Origin: an uncultured Acidobacteriota bacterium
Lineage (GTDB): Bacteria > Acidobacteriota > Terriglobia > Terriglobales > Acidobacteriaceae
Length of the DNA stretch: 64,000 bases
Assembly: GCA_963839975.1 (NCBI GenBank)
Contig: CAWIXA010000002.1
Span: forward strand, 565,949 to 629,948
Reading direction: 5' to 3'
Shown here: piece by piece, positions 46,197 to 56,929 of the stretch
How positions within the stretch are numbered: the stretch's first letter is position 1
Layout: each line of letters begins with the position of its first letter
Program-made: the position numbers and the translations under genes
Notes under the pieces: model-generated
What the model saw: the letters and a program-made list of their open reading frames with translations, nothing else
Told to the model about the DNA's origin: nothing
The model's database searches: none

Positions 46197-46844
46197 CTAG
46201 CGGGCGGGGTTGCCGCTTTCGCAGAGAGCGATAAAGTGAAGGCCGCGGTCAAAAAACCATGACAACGGGATCGGATAGAGATTCAATTTGAACTTGATCG
46301 CGGTAGCGTGCAGCCCGAACTCTTCGAAGGCAGCGATCCATTTGGACTTAGGCCAATAGTTGTAGGGCAGGGCCACACCGTGGCGGGCATTCCCAACCCA
46401 GTCCATTAAGCGCAGGGTCTCATCCGCAAAGAGTCCGTCGCAGAAGTGGTCCTTGATTATCACTGTTTTACCGACTCGGGCAGCTTCGCGAAGCAAGTTG
46501 CGGGGATCCGCGGTGTGGTGAAGCACATCCACGAACATGACCGCGTCAAAGGTGCGGTCCGGGTATGGAATATTTTCTCCGTCGAAGGAGCGAACTGGAA
46601 TGTGAACCCTGGGCCGAACAAGAGGATCGATGCCTTCGATTTCGATGTCCGGCTTCCGCTCCTTGATGAGGCAATCAATTGTTCCGTCGCCGCAACCAAC
46701 GTCAAGAACTCGAGAGCCGGGTGAAATCAGGCTGGCGAGATGGTCGGCCAATACGCGGGTCCTACGGCTGAAGATAAACTTTTCGTGGACCGTTCCTATG
46801 AGACTCCCTTGGCGTTGTTGGTCAGTCATATTTCTCGTAATCAC
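46197..46844 (-). CDS. Class I SAM-dependent methyltransferase
   Basis: The ORF is 215 aa. Motif I is RVLDVGCGDGT and post-I/II is FDAVMFVDVLHH. It overlaps the 3' end of the upstream GT2 gene, so the two are in the same operon. Confidence 0.85.
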   Translation of the reverse strand: MITRNMTDQQRQGSLIGTVHEKFIFSRRTRVLADHLASLISPGSRVLDVGCGDGTIDCLIKERKPDIEIEGIDPLVRPRVHIPVRSFDGENIPYPDRTFDAVMFVDVLHHTADPRNLLREAARVGKTVIIKDHFCDGLFADETLRLMDWVGNARHGVALPYNYWPKSKWIAAFEEFGLHATAIKFKLNLYPIPLSWFFDRGLHFIALCESGNPAR

Positions 46845-48066
46845 CGATGTAAGTCCCGCGGCTGATTCCTAACATGCTAAGGAAGAACGAAGAAAAGACT
46901 ACTTGCAGGCCAAGCAGGAACAACAGCGAAAAGAAGATGACGGCGCGCAACTGGGCGAAGGGACCGAAGCCGCTGGCTATCCATTGCCAGACGATCCAGG
47001 CGATTCCTGCGCTGCCGGCCAACGTGAGAATCCCGCCGAGGACGAGGCCTTGTTCCAGCTTGATTCGTTTCAGCCAGCGCTCCAGAGAACGCTGTCCGGG
47101 AGCGAAGCGTTCGGCGTAGCTGAAAACCTTGGCGAATAAGCCGAGAGCGAGAATCTGGGTCCCGGCCAGAGTGAAGACCATGCCGAAGAGCATGGTGTGG
47201 ACATCGATGACCGTCTTGCCCAACTGCTGCGGACCGGGCAGCAGCCAGACCACGAGGGCGAGGCCGAACAGCGCGATGGCCGCGCCGGGAGCCAGGAACA
47301 GCCAGTTGGGCGCGAACATCAACATGAAGCGCAAGTGGCGCCAGCCATCGCGAAAGCTGCGCAGATGGGGCGGACGTCCGCGCTTATCGGGCCACAGGGT
47401 GACGGGAATTTCGACGATCCTGGTGCCCATTTTTGCGGCTTTGATTACGAACTCAGAGGCGAATTCCATGCCGGTAGTGCGAAGGCCGAGTCGATTATAG
47501 AGATCACGAGTGAAGCCGCGCATCCCGCAATTGACGTCGCGAATTCCGGCACGAAAAAAAAGATTCAAGATGCTCGACATGACTGGCGTGCCGAGATAAC
47601 GGTGATGCCAGGGCATGGCGCCGGGCTTGATGCCTCCTATGAAGCGGTTGCCCATGACGAAGTCGGCGCCTTCGCGCCATTTGGTAACAAACTCGGGGAC
47701 TTGCGCGAAGTCGTAGCTGTCGTCACCGTCTCCCATGACGATGAAATCGCCTTGCGCGGCTTCGATTCCGGCGCGGAGCGCGCTTCCGTATCCGCGCGTG
47801 GCGACGCGGACTACGCGTGCGCCATGCTGCTCGGCGATCTCAATCGATCCATCGGTAGAACCGTTGTCTGCGACAACTACTTCGCCACGAACGTTGGCCT
47901 TGGCGAAGGATGCCAGAGCTTTGTTGACGCAGATGGCGATAGAGTTGGCCTCGTTCAGGCAAGGGATTACCACCGAGACTTCAGCATTTGCAGGAGACAC
48001 GAGTTCTTTTCCGGTGTGGCCGTCTGAGGAGTCGCCGTGACCCGCGGGATCGAAAGTCGAATCCAT
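46822..48066 (-). CDS. GT2 glycosyltransferase with a C-terminal 4-TM domain (GtrB/ArnC/DPM1-like polyprenyl-phosphate glycosyltransferase), copy a
   Basis: Motifs are VSVVIPCLNEANSI, VVVADNGSTDGS, IVMGDGDDSYDF and MRGFTR. Four hydrophobic helices follow. It is a close paralogue of 58862..60079. Confidence 0.9.
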   Translation of the reverse strand: MDSTFDPAGHGDSSDGHTGKELVSPANAEVSVVIPCLNEANSIAICVNKALASFAKANVRGEVVVADNGSTDGSIEIAEQHGARVVRVATRGYGSALRAGIEAAQGDFIVMGDGDDSYDFAQVPEFVTKWREGADFVMGNRFIGGIKPGAMPWHHRYLGTPVMSSILNLFFRAGIRDVNCGMRGFTRDLYNRLGLRTTGMEFASEFVIKAAKMGTRIVEIPVTLWPDKRGRPPHLRSFRDGWRHLRFMLMFAPNWLFLAPGAAIALFGLALVVWLLPGPQQLGKTVIDVHTMLFGMVFTLAGTQILALGLFAKVFSYAERFAPGQRSLERWLKRIKLEQGLVLGGILTLAGSAGIAWIVWQWIASGFGPFAQLRAVIFFSLLFLLGLQVVFSSFFLSMLGISRGTYIGDYEKYD

Positions 48067-48157
48067 TCTGTCCTACTCAACCTACCGTATATATCGCACA
48101 GTCCAGGAGGAATATGCACTACGGTAGCAGACTGATAACCGTTGATACTGTTGCTCA

Positions 48158-49477
48158 TTACGGTGCAAACAAATTCAGCTGATGCGCCTGTAAGAAATCA
48201 AGTTTCGGTTGGATTGTGGCGGGATAGGAGTAGGGCGCGGCTCCTGTCTTCTGATTGCAATCCAAAAGGTCGCGCTCCGCCAGGTAGCAAGTCTTCCAAT
48301 CGCTCTTGAGTCGCTGGATGGCAGACATTCCCACGCGATCGGCATCATGAACAACTAAGGAACTGCACAGAGCAACGGCAATCAGTACCGCACCCACCAA
48401 AGGGCGAGCCAGGGGATCGCGAATGGAAACATTGTCGCTCAGCAGAAGATACATCCCAAGAAATGCAGGCGCTAAGTAAATCGCGTACCGCGATCCGACG
48501 GCTGCGCCTAATCCCAAACACATGCGGCCATGGCCGGCCCCAAAGGCAAAGAGGAGTGAATAGGAAATCAGGAATAACGGAATAGTCGCTCGCTTTTGAA
48601 AGGCAAAGATCAGCATGCCCACGACGAAAATCAGAAGCAAACTGCCACCCAGGACCGAGGGCACAAGTATCACTGGCGCTTTAAGGCCTAGAAAATTAGC
48701 GAGCATGAAAGCCGTGAACAAGAAGTAATTCAGCGGTGGATACAAACCATGGGGCGCACACACGCCGTCCGCAGTCTGATAGCCAGTGAAGAAAAATGCC
48801 AGCGACAAGACAGCGAGACCCAACGCGACGGCGCGAATCAGCTTTTCTGATTCCGGAATCTCATGCCGACGCGTCCACCAGTCAAAAACGATCATCAATG
48901 GACACAGGAAGCCAATAAACATGCCGAAACCGGTGTGGGTGGCGACAAATGTGAGAGGAATCAGAATTGAATATCTCAGCCAAACGGCCTTTATTGTCCA
49001 CGTCAGACAGAAGAGGATGATGAACAACAGCGGCAAAGGGCCGTGAGATAAACTCGTCACGCCGATCTCGGTCTCATACTGAACGGGAGTCAACAGGAAA
49101 AGCGGGATCAGCGAATCCCAGACCGTGAGTTTGCCGCTGACTCGAACCTTGAGGACCAATGCCAAAAAACACGCTGCGATGACAAATCCGCCGGCGACGA
49201 AAGATTCAACGCGGCTGTTCCAGTGGGTCGCCGAGCCGATCCAGGCTGACAATAGCCCGCCCAAGCCTTGCCGCCACGGGTGCGACTGCCAACGAAAAAT
49301 AGTCCAGGCTGATTGAGGGTGAAATAAGAGAGGTTCGTCGTAAAGCCACTGATCGCCGAAGAATACGTTGACAGAATAGGTGCGAATGATGCCAAACAGG
49401 CGTCCTGCGCACAACATCATGACCAGCGCAGGATTAGCCGCATGAGCGAATTTACCCCAACGCGCTCTGTCCATCAT
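48158..49477 (-). CDS. Uncharacterised polytopic membrane protein (possible GT-C or polymerase-like)
   Basis: The ORF is 439 aa and hydrophobic almost throughout, with at least 10 TM segments. A short C-terminal soluble tail is present. It is the first gene of the minus-strand operon with GT2a and the methyltransferase. I recognise no family. Confidence 0.55.
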   Translation of the reverse strand: MMDRARWGKFAHAANPALVMMLCAGRLFGIIRTYSVNVFFGDQWLYDEPLLFHPQSAWTIFRWQSHPWRQGLGGLLSAWIGSATHWNSRVESFVAGGFVIAACFLALVLKVRVSGKLTVWDSLIPLFLLTPVQYETEIGVTSLSHGPLPLLFIILFCLTWTIKAVWLRYSILIPLTFVATHTGFGMFIGFLCPLMIVFDWWTRRHEIPESEKLIRAVALGLAVLSLAFFFTGYQTADGVCAPHGLYPPLNYFLFTAFMLANFLGLKAPVILVPSVLGGSLLLIFVVGMLIFAFQKRATIPLFLISYSLLFAFGAGHGRMCLGLGAAVGSRYAIYLAPAFLGMYLLLSDNVSIRDPLARPLVGAVLIAVALCSSLVVHDADRVGMSAIQRLKSDWKTCYLAERDLLDCNQKTGAAPYSYPATIQPKLDFLQAHQLNLFAP

Positions 49478-49671
49478 TCCAGTCGTTATAACCGCTCCCT
49501 GTTATTCTTCCTAGGATCTTATACATGCGGACTCGCTGTCTTATCCAATTAACAGGTTACGAGTCGAATGCGAATGAACCTCAAAGCGGTTTTGTGAACT
49601 AGAGGTTAGATGGCGATGCTGTGCGTCGAAGCCGGCTTGTCTCAGTTAAAAGCGCAGAGGACTGCTCGCCA

Positions 49672-51411
49672 ATGCTGCTGACCGAATCAGGCCTGATGTT
49701 GCTTGCCCTGCTTCTGTCGTTCCTCATTCCCCAGGCCGGTTCATCTCTCTTCCGGCCAGTGGAGCGGCGCCTCGCTTGGCTGGCACGTCGGCGGCGCTTG
49801 GCCGTACTCACGGTTGGGGCGGCGGCGCTTGGACTGCGTGCAGCCGTGCTTACGATATTGCCGATTCCATATCCAGTGTTTCAGGATGAATTCAGTTATT
49901 TATTGATGGGCGACACATTTGCTCATGGGCGACTGACGAATCCGACACATCCACTGTGGGTGCATTTTGAAACCATTGCCGTCAACCAGCACCCGACCTA
50001 CAGTTCCATGTACTACCCCGCGCAGGGAATGTTTCTGGCATTCGGCCAGGCTGTCTTCGGACATCCCTTCTGGGGGGTGTGGATAAGTGTGGGACTCATG
50101 TGTGCGGCGTTTTGTTGGATGCTGCAAGCCTGGATACCACCTTTCTGGGCGTTGGTCGGCGGCTTGCTGGCCGCAGTCCGAATTGGCGGATTCAGTTACT
50201 GGGCCAATAGCTACTGGGGAGGCGCAGTTGCAGCTATTGGCGGGGCACTGGTTCTCGGCGCCCTGCCACGAATCAAGCGAAATCAGCGGGTGAGGGATGC
50301 TCTTCTGATGGGAGCGGGCTTCGCCATTCTCGCCAACAGCCGCCCGTACGAAGGCCTGTTCTTCAGTATTCCTGTACTGATTGCACTGACGGTCTGGATA
50401 TTGCGGGGTAGCGGAGAAACCCCGAGGCGACGGGTGTTTCACGTTGTATTTCCTCTTGCCTTGGTGTTCGCTGCAACTCTTGGTTTTATGCTGTACTACT
50501 TCTGGCGCACCACCCACAACCCTCTACTTCCCCCATATGTGGTGAACCTGCGCACGTATTTTGTGGATCCCGGGTTTCCCTGGATGCACCCTCGAGCGAT
50601 TCCTGCATACCATCATGAGTTCTTGCAGAATTACTACCAAGGCTTCGGTCTCAGCCAGTTTGAATTTGCGCGCACCCACCCGGTTTTTGCTGCCATCATC
50701 AAGGTTGTGATGCTCTGGTTCTTCTATCTGGGGCCCATGCTCAGTCTTCCCTTCCTGGCTTTGGGTTTTGTATTGCCATACGGAATGTCGTTGAAAGACT
50801 TGGATCCGAAGGTCAGTTTTCTATTCATCGTATGCGGTGTGACTCTGGTGGGTGTGCTGCTCCCCGCCTACACTAATCCTCACTATGCCGCGCCCTTGAC
50901 GGGCGCAATTTATGCACTGGTTGCGATGTCGATGCGGAGAATCCGGCGCTGGCGCTTTGGGAGCAAGCGCGCCGGAGTTATGCTGGTGCGATCGGTGCCG
51001 GTTGCAGTGGTGGCACTGCTGCTGTTGCGCATTGCGATCCCGATTTTCCATCTTCGGATTACGAATTCCGGCGCACCCATGACGTGGTGTTCCCCATGGA
51101 CGGAAATCTATCCGCGGGCCGAGATTGAGAGCCGTTTACAGGCGTTGCCAGGACGCCAGTTGGTGCTCGTGCACTATGGCCCGCAGCATGACGCCAGTGC
51201 AAGTTGGGTCAACAACCTTGCGGACATCGACGGCGCGAAAGTTGTCTGGGCACACGATATGGGCTCGACCCAGAACGAAGAACTGATTCGCTACTTTCCT
51301 GATCGCCAAGTGTGGCTGCTTAACCCGGAGGAACATGAGATTCAGTTGACGCCGTACCCGGTCGCTGGTACAGCGGCAACGCAACCGGCAAATGAGAAGG
51401 TTGTGCAATGA
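49672..51411 (+). CDS. P-family membrane protein, copy P3
   Basis: I chose the start at the internal ATG (MLLTESGLMLLALLLSFLIP) by alignment with the other copies. Motifs are [64 protein letters not shown] and QLVLVHYGPQHDASASWVNNLADIDGAKVVWAHDMG. Confidence 0.8.
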   Translation: MLLTESGLMLLALLLSFLIPQAGSSLFRPVERRLAWLARRRRLAVLTVGAAALGLRAAVLTILPIPYPVFQDEFSYLLMGDTFAHGRLTNPTHPLWVHFETIAVNQHPTYSSMYYPAQGMFLAFGQAVFGHPFWGVWISVGLMCAAFCWMLQAWIPPFWALVGGLLAAVRIGGFSYWANSYWGGAVAAIGGALVLGALPRIKRNQRVRDALLMGAGFAILANSRPYEGLFFSIPVLIALTVWILRGSGETPRRRVFHVVFPLALVFAATLGFMLYYFWRTTHNPLLPPYVVNLRTYFVDPGFPWMHPRAIPAYHHEFLQNYYQGFGLSQFEFARTHPVFAAIIKVVMLWFFYLGPMLSLPFLALGFVLPYGMSLKDLDPKVSFLFIVCGVTLVGVLLPAYTNPHYAAPLTGAIYALVAMSMRRIRRWRFGSKRAGVMLVRSVPVAVVALLLLRIAIPIFHLRITNSGAPMTWCSPWTEIYPRAEIESRLQALPGRQLVLVHYGPQHDASASWVNNLADIDGAKVVWAHDMGSTQNEELIRYFPDRQVWLLNPEEHEIQLTPYPVAGTAATQPANEKVVQ

Positions 51412-51452
51412 GAGAAGTGATGCCATGCCCACCCTGCGAGGTCATCTAGCGT

Positions 51453-53165
51453 ATGTTGTGGATCGAAACCGGCCTCGTGTTGTTGTCGTTGCTGATTGCT
51501 TTCATCCACCCTTCACTCGGTTCATGCTGGTTCGGAAAACTGGAGCAAGGCTTCATTCGACTCGCCCGCCGCCGGACTCTTTCAGTTGTAGTCGTCGGAC
51601 TATCTGCTCTTGGACTTCGAGGTGCGCTTCTACCAATTTTGCCGATTCCGGAGCCGATCATTCACGACGAGTTTGGCTATCTCCTCGCTGCAGACACGTT
51701 CGCGCATGGCCGGCTCGCCAATCCCACGCCCCCGATGTGGATACATTTTGAAACCTTTCACGTCATGTTCCATCCGACTTACGCTTCGATCTACCCTCCG
51801 GCCCAGGGACTGGTCTTAGCAGCTGGCAAATTGATTGCAGGAAATCCCTTTGTGGGGGTATGGCTCAGCGTCGGGGTTATGTGCGCCGCCATCACCTGGA
51901 TGCTTCAAGGGTGGTTGTCGCCGCCTTGGGCGTTGTTGGGGGGGATGCTGGCCATCATGCGCTTCGGCGTGTTCGGGTACTGGGCAAACAGCTATTGGGG
52001 AGGAGCGGTGGCGGCGATAGGAGGATGCCTGGTCCTTGGGTCATTACCGCGAATCAAGGCTTCGCAACGAGTCCGTGATGCGTTGCTGATGGGGTTGGGA
52101 TTGGCCGTTCTTGCGAACAGCCGCCCTTACGAAGGATTTGTTTTCAGCTTGCCGATTGCGATTGTGCTGGCTGTGTGGATGCGCGGGAGCAACCGACCGG
52201 GGACCGGAGTCCTGATACGCCGTGTGGTTTTGCCTTTGGCGCTGATGCTGGCGGTGACCGCTGCCGGCATGGGCTACTATTTTTGGCGAGTCACCGGTAG
52301 TCCGTTCCGAATGCCCTATCAGGTTGAGCGGCAAACCTACGCCGTTGCTCCGTACATGATCTGGCAACACGCTCGGCCTGAGCCGGTATACAACCACGCA
52401 GTCATGAGAAAGATGTTCGTTGATGAGGAACTGTATGGCCGCAGCGTTTTTCGGTCCCCAGCCGGATTGCTGGCCCGGATCTATCTGGCTTGGAGTTTCT
52501 ATTGCGGGCCTGTATTAGCGCTCCCTCTCCTTATGCTTGCGGTCACCTTGCCTCGAGATTTTTCTTTGGGCGGGGAGGATCGCTCCAAGCTCACATTGTT
52601 GGCGGTGCTCGGCGTGTCAGCCGCCGGATCGCTGTTGGTGAATTTCTACAGCGCACACTATTCCGCTCCTGCAACCGGAGCTTTCTTGGCCGTGGTACTG
52701 CTGGCGATGCGGCAGATGCGTCGCTGGAATGCAGCGGGGCTGTTCCTCGCGCGTTGCATTCCTGTGATCTGTGTGCTGATGTTCGGGCTGCGTGCTGCTG
52801 CCACGCCGCTGCACATTCCGCAAAGCGAATTCTTCGAGTGCGCTTGGTACCAAAAGAGTCCGCCGGAAGTTGGCAGGGCCGCGGTGCAACAGGAACTGGA
52901 AATGCTGCCGGGCGGCCAGCTTGTGATTGTCCGTTACAGTCCGGACCACAAGCCCTTTCGGGAGTGGGTGTACAACGACGCCGACATTGATCACGCGAAA
53001 GTGATTTGGGCACGCGAAATGGATCCAGCCGCGAAGAACTGGGACTTAGTTGACTACTTCAAAGATCGACAAGCCTGGTTACTGGAGGCCGATGACGTTC
53101 CGCCACGACTCACAAGGTATCCGTCACCTGGATCATCTGTAGGAATGAAACCAACTGCGCAGTAA
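51453..53165 (+). CDS. P-family membrane protein, copy P4
   Basis: The ORF is 570 aa. Motifs are [53 protein letters not shown] and [35 protein letters not shown]. Confidence 0.8.
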   Translation: MLWIETGLVLLSLLIAFIHPSLGSCWFGKLEQGFIRLARRRTLSVVVVGLSALGLRGALLPILPIPEPIIHDEFGYLLAADTFAHGRLANPTPPMWIHFETFHVMFHPTYASIYPPAQGLVLAAGKLIAGNPFVGVWLSVGVMCAAITWMLQGWLSPPWALLGGMLAIMRFGVFGYWANSYWGGAVAAIGGCLVLGSLPRIKASQRVRDALLMGLGLAVLANSRPYEGFVFSLPIAIVLAVWMRGSNRPGTGVLIRRVVLPLALMLAVTAAGMGYYFWRVTGSPFRMPYQVERQTYAVAPYMIWQHARPEPVYNHAVMRKMFVDEELYGRSVFRSPAGLLARIYLAWSFYCGPVLALPLLMLAVTLPRDFSLGGEDRSKLTLLAVLGVSAAGSLLVNFYSAHYSAPATGAFLAVVLLAMRQMRRWNAAGLFLARCIPVICVLMFGLRAAATPLHIPQSEFFECAWYQKSPPEVGRAAVQQELEMLPGGQLVIVRYSPDHKPFREWVYNDADIDHAKVIWAREMDPAAKNWDLVDYFKDRQAWLLEADDVPPRLTRYPSPGSSVGMKPTAQ

Positions 53166-55385
53166 GTAGTACTCGTTGATAGGTTGATCATCCCGTATTG
53201 GGGGAACACGCGAATCGATGTCGATTATTTCCTTCATGGTTAGTTCGCGCGAGAGGAGCCGTTCGAATTGTCTCGAAGGGTCTGCCTCCGGCCCCCATTC
53301 CACAAAATCATGCACTGCTGCGATGGGTAGGCGTGCTCCCAAGACTGAACTGGAGGGAGCGGGCAATGGCTCCATACTTGCCAGGAAGTGAATCCCGAGA
53401 TTATCGAAGGACGCGAAGGCGTGCACGTAGGGAAAGGACTGCTTGATGGCTTTGGCGACCGAAGCAGCAGTGGCTGCATCACCAAGTGAGGCGGGGTACC
53501 ACATTTGCAAGATCCCATCATTTGCCAAATGCTTTTTGATCACCGCATAAAACTCGGTTGAGTACAACAGACTGGAACCTGGTGCTGCGGTCGGCGGAGG
53601 TGGATCCACCACGATGACGTCGTAGGTTTGAGTTGAGCCATCGAGAAAGCGCCGGCCGTCATCGATAACAACTCGCGCCAATGAAGAGCTCACGACTCTT
53701 GAGGCATCGGGATGAAAGTACCCAAACAGCGCTGGGACACTGGGGACCAAATCCACCGCCGTGGTAGGAATCCCCCACGAGAGCATTGAGCGGAAGCTGG
53801 TTCCCATTCCAAAACAAATGACCAGTCCGTTGCGCGGCGGCCTCGACATGAAAGCGAGCGGAAGGTGAGCCATATATTTGGTAACCGGAGTCAACGTTGT
53901 CATCCCAACTCCATTCACCAAAAGCTGCCTATCGAATCCCTTCCCCGTCGCAACCACAGTCGCGGTGTAATCACGGCGAACCTCGCGTTCGGCGTATTTC
54001 TTTTCGTAGTCGTGGCTCATCCGAAAGAGCACGATCGCTACGATGGCCGCCAAGGCAAACTTCACCCTCGGGTTGAGACCGGGCTTGGCCTGAACCATAT
54101 CGGAAGACGGCTTTCGAAGTGCTGTGAGCGCGGCAATCGCGAACAGCGGAACGGCGAGAAGCATCGCGGCGCGGCGTTCTCCCAGCCATGGCAAGAGCCA
54201 GAAGCCCGCCAATAATGGTCCGAGAATCGATCCCGCCACATTGACCGCATAGGCAGTTCCGGCGCGGTCGGGATCTCCTGACGACCAGGAATCCACAAGC
54301 AACGGAGTAAGGAAGCCGGCTAAGGCACAGAACAGGACGATGGCGGACAGGCGCAGGCCACCAAACTCGACGTCGCCAAGCCGCAGCGGCAGCAGCGGAT
54401 CAGCAGCCACTACCGGGATCACGGCGAATAACGCCAGTAAACTCCATGCCGAAGCGCTTTCTCCCGGTTGGTGAGAGTGGGCCCATGAGCGGTAGTCGTG
54501 CGATCCCACAACAGTGGCGAGCAGGTACACGACCAGGATGCCTGCAAACGCATACACAACATTGCCCAGGTAGGGAGTAAACTGACGAATCCAGACAACT
54601 TCCATCCCCATGCTCACGAGGCCGGTTGTGAACAACATAATGAGAACTGATCCCCTCGGAAGTCCGTAAAGCCTGAATCGTAGAGCTTGTATGGGAGTCG
54701 CTGAGCCACTAGAAGGCGATAAGACTGTGCGGAAGCTCATCCTGAAGGCAACCAGCGCAAGCGTTGCATTGAGAGTGCCGGCTACGTACAGAGTGCCGTG
54801 GAAGCCCAGCAGTTCGATTAAGACAAAGGCCGAGGCAAGCGTGCCGAGAAGTGCACCGAATACGTTCGCCATATACAAATAGCTGAAGGAGCGTTCCGAA
54901 GCAGGGCGAGCATTCTGACGAATGACCGCCATCAGCAGAGGAAATGTTGACCCCATACACGTGCACCAAGGGACGAGCGTGATCGCGATCCACAGACCAA
55001 CGATGAAGTAGTAGCGCGAGCTTTGCCACGCCCCGAAGCTTCCCATGTGTTGCAACAGAACGCGCCCAATCTTCAATTCGAGGGGTACAACTAGTGACGA
55101 GATTCCAACTAGCAACTCGGCGATTGAATAGAGGCGTAACGCTCGCGATCCATGAGCCTGCAAAACTCTTCGGGTCCAGACACCCGCGCCCCATGACCCT
55201 AGACCCAAGCCAGCCATGAACATCGAAATCACGATGGAAGCTAGTGCCGTGGTCACACCGAAGCTGGCCATGGCGAGTCGCAGCCAAACCACTTCGTAGA
55301 CCAGGCCGCAGAACCCGGAGACCACAAAAAAGCTAAAGTACCAACGCAGATTGAACGCTGGGATCTCTCGCGCGGAGCTGTTCAA
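53133..55385 (-). CDS. Fused polytopic-membrane / spermidine-synthase-like protein (paralogue of 28197..30407)
   Basis: The ORF is 750 aa. Motifs are [53 protein letters not shown] and [10 protein letters not shown]. It lies 69 nt downstream of the GT87b gene on the same strand. Confidence 0.85.
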   Translation of the reverse strand: MNSSAREIPAFNLRWYFSFFVVSGFCGLVYEVVWLRLAMASFGVTTALASIVISMFMAGLGLGSWGAGVWTRRVLQAHGSRALRLYSIAELLVGISSLVVPLELKIGRVLLQHMGSFGAWQSSRYYFIVGLWIAITLVPWCTCMGSTFPLLMAVIRQNARPASERSFSYLYMANVFGALLGTLASAFVLIELLGFHGTLYVAGTLNATLALVAFRMSFRTVLSPSSGSATPIQALRFRLYGLPRGSVLIMLFTTGLVSMGMEVVWIRQFTPYLGNVVYAFAGILVVYLLATVVGSHDYRSWAHSHQPGESASAWSLLALFAVIPVVAADPLLPLRLGDVEFGGLRLSAIVLFCALAGFLTPLLVDSWSSGDPDRAGTAYAVNVAGSILGPLLAGFWLLPWLGERRAAMLLAVPLFAIAALTALRKPSSDMVQAKPGLNPRVKFALAAIVAIVLFRMSHDYEKKYAEREVRRDYTATVVATGKGFDRQLLVNGVGMTTLTPVTKYMAHLPLAFMSRPPRNGLVICFGMGTSFRSMLSWGIPTTAVDLVPSVPALFGYFHPDASRVVSSSLARVVIDDGRRFLDGSTQTYDVIVVDPPPPTAAPGSSLLYSTEFYAVIKKHLANDGILQMWYPASLGDAATAASVAKAIKQSFPYVHAFASFDNLGIHFLASMEPLPAPSSSVLGARLPIAAVHDFVEWGPEADPSRQFERLLSRELTMKEIIDIDSRVPPIRDDQPINEYYLLRSWFHSYR

Positions 55386-55454
55386 TTCGTCATTCCTCGG
55401 CAGAGTGATGTTTCTGACCCAATTAGTCTAGCCGCAACAACTACTCAGAAAGCG

Positions 55455-56705
55455 TCACCGACTTGGAAGACTCAAAGGAGACAACGGAGAGACGCTCTCG
55501 TCCACTGAAATGACTCCTTTGCGCAACGCATAGGCAAAGAACAACCCCAGAATTGGGATTGCGCCAATGAAGCCGTAGAAGGGGTCGATCGCAATCGCGG
55601 GAACAATGAGAGCAGCGGTGGCTGCCAAGGCTACTGGAACGGAGTTGCTACAGAGACACATTCCTATCGGGATAAGCAGGATGGTGGCATCCGGAGCATT
55701 GAGATGATAGCTCACTAACGCAGCGGCAACGATGGACAGAGGCAGAGACGGCCGGCATCGGGCAACGATCAGCAATACTACGAAAGAGCTCGCCAGAATC
55801 AGTCCTTGCACCCACCAGTGAGGGACGCGGCCGCCTAACAGCGCAGAAAGCAGTCCTCGGAGATTGAGCATGGTCTTGGGAGAAAGGGAGTAGCGCATGG
55901 CGTCAGCCTCGGATCGAAGGTTCACGCTCATTCCCAGCAACATGGACGCATACTGCCTGGCTCCCTGCATACCAACTAGGAGCAGGGAGATGAATGCGGC
56001 GGTCGCCGAGGAGATTGCGAATCCAAGCACAAAACGCCACCGCTTCCACAGCAGGAACACAACAGCAATCGGTATCACGATCTGAAATTTGAAAACTCCG
56101 AGTCCGACCATCAAACCTGCCGGCAAATCTCTTCCCGTGCGAAGCCAAGCCAGCGCGCCTGCCAGAAGGGCGAGAAGCAGAATGGAGTCAGCTCCGCGAG
56201 TGAGCGAGTAGGTGACTGGGAAAAACGCGGGAAACAGAAGAGCTGGGAACAAAACCCATCTCTCGGACAGAACTCTCAGGCTGGGTTGCAGAAGCCTCAC
56301 ACACCAAGCGATGACGCCCAGATTCAAGACCAGGAACAGAGCAAGCGCTCTCGAATAGGGCAGCAGTGATAGCGGCGCGAAAAGCAGCGCCTCATAAGCT
56401 GGATGGTCCATCGGTTGATTCAACGTCAGCCCCAGCGGAACCAACTGGTCCGACAAATTTGCCAGCTTCTCGGGGTCGTGGATATCGCGGGCATCATGCG
56501 TGCGCAGCATGTACCCGGAGGTGTAGAGCGTGCGAAAAACGGCGACACCGCGCAGGCCAAGTGGCAGGTACGCGATCCAGATCAACATCTCGAAACCAAT
56601 CAACAGCGGGAGCAGGCCGAGGACCAGTTCACGCGGCCAGAAAGGCTTCTTGCGCGGTACCGGGGGATGCCGTTGTACAAAACCTGAAGCGTTGAATGGA
56701 ATCAT
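55455..56705 (-). CDS. GT87/DUF2029-like polytopic membrane glycosyltransferase (copy b)
   Basis: The ORF is 416 aa. LGLLPLLIGFEMLIWIAYLP and HPAYEALLFAPL align with copy a. GLGVFKFQIVIPIAVVFLLWKRWRF parallels GLGIFRFQIVLPIAFFFVVWRRWRF in copy a. Confidence 0.7.
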   Translation of the reverse strand: MIPFNASGFVQRHPPVPRKKPFWPRELVLGLLPLLIGFEMLIWIAYLPLGLRGVAVFRTLYTSGYMLRTHDARDIHDPEKLANLSDQLVPLGLTLNQPMDHPAYEALLFAPLSLLPYSRALALFLVLNLGVIAWCVRLLQPSLRVLSERWVLFPALLFPAFFPVTYSLTRGADSILLLALLAGALAWLRTGRDLPAGLMVGLGVFKFQIVIPIAVVFLLWKRWRFVLGFAISSATAAFISLLLVGMQGARQYASMLLGMSVNLRSEADAMRYSLSPKTMLNLRGLLSALLGGRVPHWWVQGLILASSFVVLLIVARCRPSLPLSIVAAALVSYHLNAPDATILLIPIGMCLCSNSVPVALAATAALIVPAIAIDPFYGFIGAIPILGLFFAYALRKGVISVDESVSPLSPLSLPSR

Positions 56706-56929
56706 CTTAATGGTCGGCTATCCGGCAGCAATAACGCCGGCCTGCTCCCGCAGTTCCCTTGCCCTCCCCGGTCCCGACGACGCACGACGCCTACAGTACC
56801 AGACTAGGAACAAAAGCGCAGGTCAATGTAGAAAATGAGAAGCTAATCAATTACTTTGAAGATCGGCGGACCTGTTTGCTCGAGCAGGCAAACAAACGCC
56901 GAAGCTGGGCCGTTGGAGGCCCCCAGTAA

